This document shows, in pieces, positions 26,512-32,753 of a stretch of 37,972 nt of DNA (the first letter of the stretch is position 1; every line of letters starts with the position of its first letter). A model generated the notes under the pieces. It did no database searches, was not told the DNA's origin, and saw only the letters and a program-made list of their open reading frames with translations. The DNA comes from a virus. The position numbers and the translations under genes were made by a program. Location: positions 1 to 37,972 of IMG/VR virus record IMGVR_UViG_3300045988_102451; one strand, written 5' to 3'.

Positions 26512-27135
26512 ATGGCAAATATTAAAATAAGTGAATTAGATGAATTACAAAAAGCAACTGACCAAGATTTGCTTGTTATTGTTGATGTTGCTAATAATGA
26601 AACAAAAAAGATACAAGCGGGAAATCTTGGAACTGGTGGAGCAGAAATTCCAATTGGTTCAACCCCACCAGAAAATCCAGAAGAAGGCGATTTTTGGATA
26701 GATACAAGTGCAAATGGTGAAACATATGGCGATACATTGCCGATAGGTGCTATGGTTGAATACAATGGTACAACAGTTCCACAAGGCTATGAGAAAGTTA
26801 GTGATAATAATATATTAGATAGTTCTGATATTGTAAATAATTTAACTAGTGATGACGCAACTAAAATATTAAGTGCAGCAATGGGAAAAGAATTAAGAAA
26901 TTTGATTAATCTTGATAGATTAGTCAATGTTGACTTATCCACAATTAAATATCATTGCTTATGTGGTGTAGATAATAATTGTACAGGTTGGATTGGAGGT
27001 TATGGCGTGTTAATATGTATTCCATTATCTCGAAGTTCAAACTATGCAATTCAAATTGGTTTTAATGATGTAACTGTAAAATGGAGAAGTAGTCTAAACA
27101 ATGGTACTTATAGTGATTGGAAAACATTTAGTTAA
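26512..27135 (+). CDS. Tail fibre / receptor-binding-like protein
   Basis: The N-terminus 'MANIKISELDELQKATDQDLLVIVD...TKKIQAGNL' is a common fibre anchor motif. ATG at 26512 follows 'aaaggagag'. Confidence 0.6.
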   Translation: MANIKISELDELQKATDQDLLVIVDVANNETKKIQAGNLGTGGAEIPIGSTPPENPEEGDFWIDTSANGETYGDTLPIGAMVEYNGTTVPQGYEKVSDNNILDSSDIVNNLTSDDATKILSAAMGKELRNLINLDRLVNVDLSTIKYHCLCGVDNNCTGWIGGYGVLICIPLSRSSNYAIQIGFNDVTVKWRSSLNNGTYSDWKTFS

Positions 27136-27149
27136 AGGAGGTATAAAAT

Positions 27150-27599
27150 ATGATAATAAGAAAAACGCAACAACCTAGTGATTTCCCTACTAATAATATA
27201 AGTAATGCTAAAACAACTGGAACTACTAATACTTATTCATGTGATTATATAAATGGAATTGTTGAAAGTGGTTCAAATGATAACGGAAATTGGATTAAAT
27301 ATAGTGACGGTACTATGATAACATATCAAAATGTGAATATTACTTTATCTGTTACTGAAGCGTGGGGTGGAATATTTGTAGGAAACTATACAACGCCAAT
27401 TAATTTTTCTCAAACTTTTAAAGAGCCACCAGAAGTGTTAATTGATTTAAAGTTTACTCAAGGTGCTGGTTGGCGAGTTGACTGGGATTTTCCTGTTATA
27501 ACTAATTCCAGTATTAAAAATATTGGGGTTGGAAGAGGGACTGCTTCTGATACGTCAAAATTTAAAGCCACAATTTTTGCAATAGGAAAATGGAAATAA
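27150..27599 (+). CDS. Fibre/RBP-like protein, paralogue group
   Basis: Carries the motif 'NTYSCDYINGIV' shared with 27612..28109. Strong 'aaggagg' RBS. Confidence 0.55.
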   Translation: MIIRKTQQPSDFPTNNISNAKTTGTTNTYSCDYINGIVESGSNDNGNWIKYSDGTMITYQNVNITLSVTEAWGGIFVGNYTTPINFSQTFKEPPEVLIDLKFTQGAGWRVDWDFPVITNSSIKNIGVGRGTASDTSKFKATIFAIGKWK

Positions 27600-27611
27600 A
27601 GGAGGAACAAC

Positions 27612-28109
27612 ATGGCAACGTTTAAATATTATGATGGAACAAAATACAATAGAATAACTGGTGGCTTAGTACCTAAAACTACAAATACTACAAGCGATAC
27701 GGAAACTTATAGTTGTAATTATGTAAATGCACAAGTTGATGATTTAAATACTACAATTATAGGAGTAGATAGTATTGTGGCTAAAAAACCTGATGCTATC
27801 AATACTTACACAACAAGCACAACTGACGCTTATACGTGCGAGTATATAAATGCTAATACAATTCCAGTGATAAACTTCAGTGGTGATTTTAACAATTATA
27901 AAGAAACCGCTATAGGTCAATGTCAAATGTCTGCTAATAAGCCACTAACAGATGCAAATTATTTTTATGGAACAATAATAGTGATAAAGTTTGGAAGCGC
28001 TTATTGTAGTCAACTTACAACTGATATTAACACCGGAAAAATGTATAATAGAGTATTAATAAATGGCAGTTGGACAGCATGGAAAGAGATTCAGCAAAAC
28101 GATATATAA
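27612..28109 (+). CDS. Fibre/RBP-like protein, paralogue group
   Basis: Two copies of the motif: 'ETYSCNYVNAQV' and 'DAYTCEYINANT'. RBS 'aaggagga'. Confidence 0.55.
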   Translation: MATFKYYDGTKYNRITGGLVPKTTNTTSDTETYSCNYVNAQVDDLNTTIIGVDSIVAKKPDAINTYTTSTTDAYTCEYINANTIPVINFSGDFNNYKETAIGQCQMSANKPLTDANYFYGTIIVIKFGSAYCSQLTTDINTGKMYNRVLINGSWTAWKEIQQNDI

Positions 28110-28154
28110 AAAACGGAGGAATAAAATGAAAATAAAAAAGAATTTTATACCTAT

Positions 28155-28183
28155 TTTACAAAAAATTTAAAATGTAATATAAT
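28155..28183 (+). promoter_or_regulatory. Promoter-like element
   Basis: TTTACA (28155-28160), 17-nt spacer, TATAAT (28178-28183). Confidence 0.5.
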
Positions 28184-28210
28184 TAAAGAAAAGAGGAAAG
28201 GAATGATATT

Positions 28211-28489
28211 ATGGAGTTAACAATAGCTTTAGCATTGTCGATACTTGGTTCTGTAATATCAGTATGCAGTTTTGTACTGAATAGAAAAGATAAAAGTAAT
28301 AAAGATATAAAAGAAGAACAAAAGCAATTTGACAAGAACAATTTAATAGAATATAGACTTACTAAAATAGAACAGAATATCGAAAAGATATTAAACAAGT
28401 TGGATGTGTATGAAAAAGAAATTGATGATAGAATAAAAATTGCAATTGATAGTCATATTGCTATTTATCACAATAAAAAGGGAGAATAA
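28211..28489 (+). CDS. Small membrane protein: N-terminal TM plus coiled coil (BhlA/XhlA-like architecture, possible holin accessory)
   Basis: 'LTIALALSILGSVISVCSFVL' TM segment followed by a charged helical region. Confidence 0.5.
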   Translation: MELTIALALSILGSVISVCSFVLNRKDKSNKDIKEEQKQFDKNNLIEYRLTKIEQNIEKILNKLDVYEKEIDDRIKIAIDSHIAIYHNKKGE

Positions 28490-28490
28490 A

Positions 28491-28778
28491 ATGGGAATAC
28501 GTGAGGAAGTGTTAGAAATGAAGAAAGAAGTAGAAGAAATACAAGAGCATTCATTCGCAATGGAACTTTTAAAAGACCAAAAGAAACAGAACAAAAGACA
28601 ATTTATCATAATATTAGTGATATTAGGAATGTTTACTTGCTTATTAGGTTATACTATATATTTGCTTAACGATTTTGGTGTAAGCACCGAAACAGACACT
28701 ATTGATATAGATAATGTAGAAGCAATTGACAATTCACATATTAAAATTGGTGATGATGTATGGGAAAAATCAAATTAA
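28491..28778 (+). CDS. Small membrane protein with a central TM segment
   Basis: ATG at 28491 after an 'agggaga' RBS. TM segment 'FIIILVILGMFTCLLGYTIYLL'. Confidence 0.5.
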   Translation: MGIREEVLEMKKEVEEIQEHSFAMELLKDQKKQNKRQFIIILVILGMFTCLLGYTIYLLNDFGVSTETDTIDIDNVEAIDNSHIKIGDDVWEKSN

Positions 28779-28879
28779 CTAGAACTCGTACAACAAAATA
28801 TCGTAAATCTAAGACTACTAAAGATAGCAAAGGTCGAAGAAGATGTAAGACTTGTGGTAAATTTATGGGAAATAAGTAA
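28760..28879 (+). CDS. Very basic 39-aa peptide (not in the ORF track)
   Basis: MGKIKLTRTRTTKYRKSKTTKDSKGRRRCKTCGKFMGNK. Its stop overlaps the next start (taATG). Weak RBS. Confidence 0.35.
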   Translation: MGKIKLTRTRTTKYRKSKTTKDSKGRRRCKTCGKFMGNK

Positions 28880-29079
28880 TGCTTAAGTTAGATTTAACTA
28901 GAAAAGAATATGATGAATTGAGTAACAAATTAATATTAAATGAATTCCAAAAGCGAATATTTAAATACAGAATAAAAGAATATAGTATTACAAAAATGGC
29001 TATGCTAGAAAATTGTAGTGAAAGCACAATTAATAGAGAGATTAAAAAGATTAAGAATAAAATAAAGAAGATAATTTGA
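28879..29079 (+). CDS. Small sigma-70 region-4-like HTH regulator
   Basis: 'LTRKEYDELS...FKYRIKEYSITKMAMLENCSESTINREIKKIKNKI' fits a region-4/LuxR-type HTH pattern. Confidence 0.55.
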   Translation: MLKLDLTRKEYDELSNKLILNEFQKRIFKYRIKEYSITKMAMLENCSESTINREIKKIKNKIKKII

Positions 29080-29094
29080 TTTATCTTCTTTTTT
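29065..29094 (+). terminator. Intrinsic terminator
   Basis: 10-bp stem aagaagataa (29065-29074) / ttatcttctt (29081-29090), followed by TTTT. Confidence 0.7.
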
Positions 29095-29122
29095 GACATT
29101 AATTAGACATAAACTGGATAAT
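29093..29122 (+). promoter_or_regulatory. Promoter of the ORFan cassette
   Basis: TTGACA (29093-29098), 18-nt spacer, GATAAT (29117-29122). Confidence 0.55.
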
Positions 29123-29267
29123 TTCCAATTCTTTTTTTATTATATACTTTTATTGTAAACGAGAGTTAATCTTGATTTGCGAGAAAGGAGAGATACAATT
29201 AAAAATATTCTTAAAACGAATATGGTTTGTTGTTTTCTCCTTTTTATGTTAGAAAGGAATAATTAAA

Positions 29268-29456
29268 ATGAAAGAAAAAATTGAACAAAAATTAGAAGAA
29301 AGAATTGAAATGATATTAAATAAAAACGTTGAAGATATTACAAATGAAGAATTTGATGAATTAAAAAATAAATTAAATATAATTGATTTTGAAGAAAATC
29401 AAGAAGAAACACAAAAAGATATGATTGAATTAATGACCAAATTATTTAAAAAATAG
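29268..29456 (+). CDS. Small highly acidic protein (62 aa)
   Basis: ORF with an 'aaagga' RBS and an E/D-rich helical sequence. Confidence 0.55.
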   Translation: MKEKIEQKLEERIEMILNKNVEDITNEEFDELKNKLNIIDFEENQEETQKDMIELMTKLFKK

Positions 29457-29469
29457 GAGGTGAATGAAT

Positions 29470-29919
29470 ATGTATAATCAATATAACCCTTATTTAAACC
29501 GTTTTTATGGGCAACAACAAGCGAATATGCCTCAACCAATGGATTTGCCTATGCAACAACAAAACACGCCACAAATGGCTTTAAATAGGCAAAATATACT
29601 ATATGGAAAGCAAGTTGATAGTTTAGAAGTAGTAAAAGCAATAGATATTCCTTTAGACGGAAGCATAAGTTACTTCCCACTTGCTAATGGTAGTGCCATT
29701 GTTACTAAACAACTACAACAAGATGGAACAAGTAAAATAACTATTTATGAACCTAAAACGCAAAAAGAAGATATGAAATTTGCAACTATTGAAGATATAG
29801 ATAAAAGACTTGAAAAAATAGATTTTAGTGAAATTGATGATTTAAAAGACGATTTAGAAGATTTAAAAAAAGAGTTAAAAGATATTAAAAACAAATTAAA
29901 AACTAAAAAGGAGGATTAA
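29470..29919 (+). CDS. Protein with a Q/N/P/M-rich N-terminus, a beta-rich core and an acidic coiled-coil tail
   Basis: The ATG at 29470 lies 9 nt after GGAGG; the track start at 29464 is too close. 'MYNQYNPYLNRFYGQQQANMPQPMDLPMQQQNTPQ'. Confidence 0.6.
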   Translation: MYNQYNPYLNRFYGQQQANMPQPMDLPMQQQNTPQMALNRQNILYGKQVDSLEVVKAIDIPLDGSISYFPLANGSAIVTKQLQQDGTSKITIYEPKTQKEDMKFATIEDIDKRLEKIDFSEIDDLKDDLEDLKKELKDIKNKLKTKKED

Positions 29920-29922
29920 TTT

Positions 29923-30147
29923 ATGAACCCTTTAAATATGATAAAAGGAATGATGGGAATTAGTAATCCTAAAGATATGGCAATGAAAATGCTATCACAA
30001 AATAACAATCCCATATTTAAAAATTTAATTGATATGGCAAACAAAGGCGACACAAAAGGTGTTGAAAATTTTGCTAGAAATTATATGAAAAGTCAAGGAA
30101 AAAATTTCGACCAAGAATTTAATAATTTCAAAAGTATGTTTAAATAA
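29923..30147 (+). CDS. Hypothetical Met/Asn/Lys-rich protein (74 aa)
   Basis: ORF with an 'aaggagga' RBS. Confidence 0.55.
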   Translation: MNPLNMIKGMMGISNPKDMAMKMLSQNNNPIFKNLIDMANKGDTKGVENFARNYMKSQGKNFDQEFNNFKSMFK

Positions 30148-30214
30148 AATATTTGGTTTTTAATATAATTTTGCAATCCCCAAGTATTTTAAATATAAAG
30201 AAAGGAGAAAAAAT

Positions 30215-30979
30215 ATGCGTGGAGAAAGTGGATTAACTGCTTCTGATGTTGCTCTATTATCTGGAAGAAACGGAAATAATGATGGTTTTGGAGATAATGG
30301 TAGCTGGTGGGTTATTATCTTTTTAATCTTTGCCTTTATGGGTTGGGGTAGAAACGGTAATGGCTTCGGTGGTGGTAATGGTTCAGGTGCTACTGATAAT
30401 TACGTACTTGCTTCTGACTTTGCTACAATTCAAAGGCAATTAAGCGATGGTTTCAATGATTTAACAGCACAATCAAGATATATTCAAAATGGAATATGTG
30501 ATGGTTTCTATGCTATGAACACAAGTCTATTAAATGGATTTGCTGGTGTTAATAATTCAATTATGACAAATGGTTATGAAACTAGAAATGCTATTAATAA
30601 CTTATCAAGTGATTTAGCAAGTTGTTGTTGTAATTTAAGAAGCGATATTCAAGGAGTTAACTACAATCTAGCAACTAATACTTGTGCTTTACAAAACACA
30701 ATGAATATGAATACTAGAGATATAGTTGACACTGTCAATGCAAATTATCGTGCATTACATGATGAAATAGTCGCTAATAGAATTGAAGATAAGAATGCTC
30801 AAATTACTGCACAACAAAATGAAATTAACGCATTAAGATTGTCTGCTAGTCAGTCAGCACAAAATGCTTATTTATTAAGCGAATTAAAACCTTGCCCATC
30901 ACCTAGTTACATAGTACCAAACCCTAATTGTTGCTATAATTATCAAGTAACAAGTGGATGCGGATGTGGAAATTTTTAG
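30215..30979 (+). CDS. Gly/Asn-rich single-pass membrane protein with a Cys-rich C-terminal tail
   Basis: TM 'WWVIIFLIFAFMGW' flanked by GNG-type tracts. 10 Cys, 5 of them in the last ~31 aa ('KPCPSPSYIVPNPNCCYNYQVTSGCGCGNF'). RBS 'aaaggaga'. Confidence 0.7.
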   Translation: MRGESGLTASDVALLSGRNGNNDGFGDNGSWWVIIFLIFAFMGWGRNGNGFGGGNGSGATDNYVLASDFATIQRQLSDGFNDLTAQSRYIQNGICDGFYAMNTSLLNGFAGVNNSIMTNGYETRNAINNLSSDLASCCCNLRSDIQGVNYNLATNTCALQNTMNMNTRDIVDTVNANYRALHDEIVANRIEDKNAQITAQQNEINALRLSASQSAQNAYLLSELKPCPSPSYIVPNPNCCYNYQVTSGCGCGNF

Positions 30980-31024
30980 TAAGACCTGATTACAGGAACT
31001 TGATTACAAGTGCTTACTATTTTT

Positions 31025-31052
31025 AGAGATAGGAAAGCCCTATCTCTTTTTT
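31025..31052 (+). terminator. Strong intrinsic terminator in the middle of the cassette
   Basis: 9-bp stem agagatagg (31025-31033) / cctatctct (31039-31047), followed by T6. Confidence 0.8.
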
Positions 31053-31080
31053 AAATAATTTATAAGAAAGGAATGATATT

Positions 31081-31539
31081 ATGATACAAAGTTATCAAGA
31101 AACGCCAGTTTTACTTGCTTCAAATTCTAGCCCTTTAACATTTTCTACGGATTGCATAAGAACAAGATGTGCTAATTGCTATGGTTTTCTTCAACATTCA
31201 CAAGGTTCACCACTTTATAAAATTTTAAATGGTGGAAATTATGACGTTACTTTTAACGCAAATGTAACAAGTGCTACTGCTGGACAAGTTGCTTTAGGTT
31301 TATATATGGATGGAGTTCTATTGCCTGGTACAACTGTTATTGCTGACATAGCAACCGCTGGCGATTATGTAAATGTTGCATTTACTAAAACAGTGCCAAT
31401 TTGTTGCAGAGGTGAAGCCACTTTAACAGTACAATCAGTACCTAGTGTTTTAACTGGTACAACTGTAACCGGAACACCAACTGCTACACAAATACCTTTA
31501 TATCAAAATGCTAACTTTAGAATTAGCAAAAGGTCATAA
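31081..31539 (+). CDS. Beta-rich Thr/Val/Gly/Ala-rich protein with 5 Cys (jelly-roll / C1q-TNF-like guess)
   Basis: 'GGNYDVTFNANVTSATAGQVALGLYMDGVLLPGTTV' and 'CCRGEATLTVQSV'. RBS 'aaagga'. Confidence 0.6.
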   Translation: MIQSYQETPVLLASNSSPLTFSTDCIRTRCANCYGFLQHSQGSPLYKILNGGNYDVTFNANVTSATAGQVALGLYMDGVLLPGTTVIADIATAGDYVNVAFTKTVPICCRGEATLTVQSVPSVLTGTTVTGTPTATQIPLYQNANFRISKRS

Positions 31540-31742
31540 TGAATACTGAAAACAATAATGAGTATTTATTCAATTTAATAAATATATTATCTTTTATTAT
31601 TGGTGTTGAAAACTTAAACTTGAATGACAAACAAATTGAAAAATTAGAAAGCCATTTAAGTAAACAAGACAAGCAATATGAGGAGATAATACGATTATTA
31701 AAGGAAGGAGGTATTTTAGATGGAAGAAGAGAACAAAAGTGA
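31539..31742 (+). CDS. Hypothetical protein (67 aa)
   Basis: taATG coupling to the upstream gene. Confidence 0.5.
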   Translation: MNTENNNEYLFNLINILSFIIGVENLNLNDKQIEKLESHLSKQDKQYEEIIRLLKEGGILDGRREQK

Positions 31743-32256
31743 AGAAACTAAAGAAAATGTTTTAATAAAAACAAAATCTGAAGTTGAAAGAATAATAAAA
31801 CAAATAACTGAAAATGGTTTACAAACTGCAAATGTAGAACTTTTATACAAATTAATAGATATTCATAAAGATATTGAAAATGAAAAATATTGGAAAGAAA
31901 AGGAGGAAAATATGATGTATAGAGGAAGAGATTATTTTATGGACGATAGTTATAATGACGGTCGTTCAAGAGATAGCCGTGGAAGATATATGGATGGTTC
32001 TTATGGAAGAAGAGGTGTCCCTGGAACTGGAAGAGGTCGCTACCGTGGATATGATATGATTGAAGAAATGGGCGAACACTACGGAGATTATTCGGAGGGT
32101 AGAGATAACTACGGAAACGATAGAGAAACCGAAAAATCTTTTGATAAAATGCTACAAAGTCTTGAAGATTTTACTTATTTAATAATGCAAGAAGCCGATA
32201 GCCAAGATAAAATTGAAAAGGTTAGAAAAACTGCACGTAAGATAAGTGAATTTTAA
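31720..32256 (+). CDS. Protein with a central Arg/Gly/Tyr/Asp-rich low-complexity segment
   Basis: 'YRGRDYFMDDSYNDGRSRDSRGRYMDGSYGRRGVPGTGRGRYRGYD'. Strong 'aaggaaggagg' RBS. Confidence 0.6.
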   Translation: MEEENKSEETKENVLIKTKSEVERIIKQITENGLQTANVELLYKLIDIHKDIENEKYWKEKEENMMYRGRDYFMDDSYNDGRSRDSRGRYMDGSYGRRGVPGTGRGRYRGYDMIEEMGEHYGDYSEGRDNYGNDRETEKSFDKMLQSLEDFTYLIMQEADSQDKIEKVRKTARKISEF

Positions 32257-32612
32257 TGTATAAATTTTATAATAACAATGCTTTAGGTTTATTTGAGAAC
32301 GATTGTGCAATAAGGTCAATAAGTCTTGCAACAGGTAATAGTTGGGATGATACATACCAATATTTAAGCAACAAAGCAAGGTTAAAAGGAACTATGCTAG
32401 ATGATAGAGATTTTATACTTGATTTTTTAGATGAACGATATGAAAGAGTACCCACATATAATTTATCGGTCGGAGAAGTATCGGCAAAATACAACGACAA
32501 TGTTATTCTTATAACAATGACTGGGCATATTGTTTGTTCTAAATATGGCGTTGTTTATGATAGTTTCGATTGCCGTAAAAGACAAGCCGAGTATTGTTGG
32601 ATTGTTAAATAA
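32256..32612 (+). CDS. Putative papain-fold Cys-His(-Asp) peptidase (118 aa)
   Basis: 'NDCAIRSIS' (Cys17) and 'TGHIVCSKYGVVYDSFD' (His91, Asp102), with spacing typical of small cysteine peptidases. taATG coupling to the upstream gene. Confidence 0.55.
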   Translation: MYKFYNNNALGLFENDCAIRSISLATGNSWDDTYQYLSNKARLKGTMLDDRDFILDFLDERYERVPTYNLSVGEVSAKYNDNVILITMTGHIVCSKYGVVYDSFDCRKRQAEYCWIVK

Positions 32613-32633
32613 GAAGATTAATTTCTTCTTTAT

Positions 32634-32709
32634 CAGGGTGTACTCAAGTGGTTTAAGAAAACGGACTGCAACTCCGTTATCGTGGGTTCAAATCCCACCA
32701 CCCTGTCCA
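32634..32709 (+). tRNA. tRNA-Cys (anticodon GCA), CCA encoded
   Basis: Acceptor cagggtg/caccctg. Anticodon arm acgga-ctGCAac-tccgt. T arm gtggg-ttcaaat-cccac. Discriminator U followed by CCA. The D stem is weak and the first pair is C1-G72. Confidence 0.75.
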
Positions 32710-32718
32710 AAATTATAA

Positions 32719-32747
32719 TTGACAGCATTAATTTAATATGTTAAAAT
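32719..32747 (+). promoter_or_regulatory. Consensus promoter directly after the tRNA
   Basis: TTGACA (32719-32724), 17-nt spacer, TGtTAAAAT (32739-32747). Confidence 0.65.
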
Positions 32748-32753
32748 AAATAT

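Noticed and set aside
28126-28170. 14-codon ORF (MKIKKNFIPILQKI) with a strong 'ggagga' RBS
   Set aside because: It is too short to evaluate and may be a remnant 5' end of a lost gene or a leader peptide. There is no supporting feature beyond the RBS.
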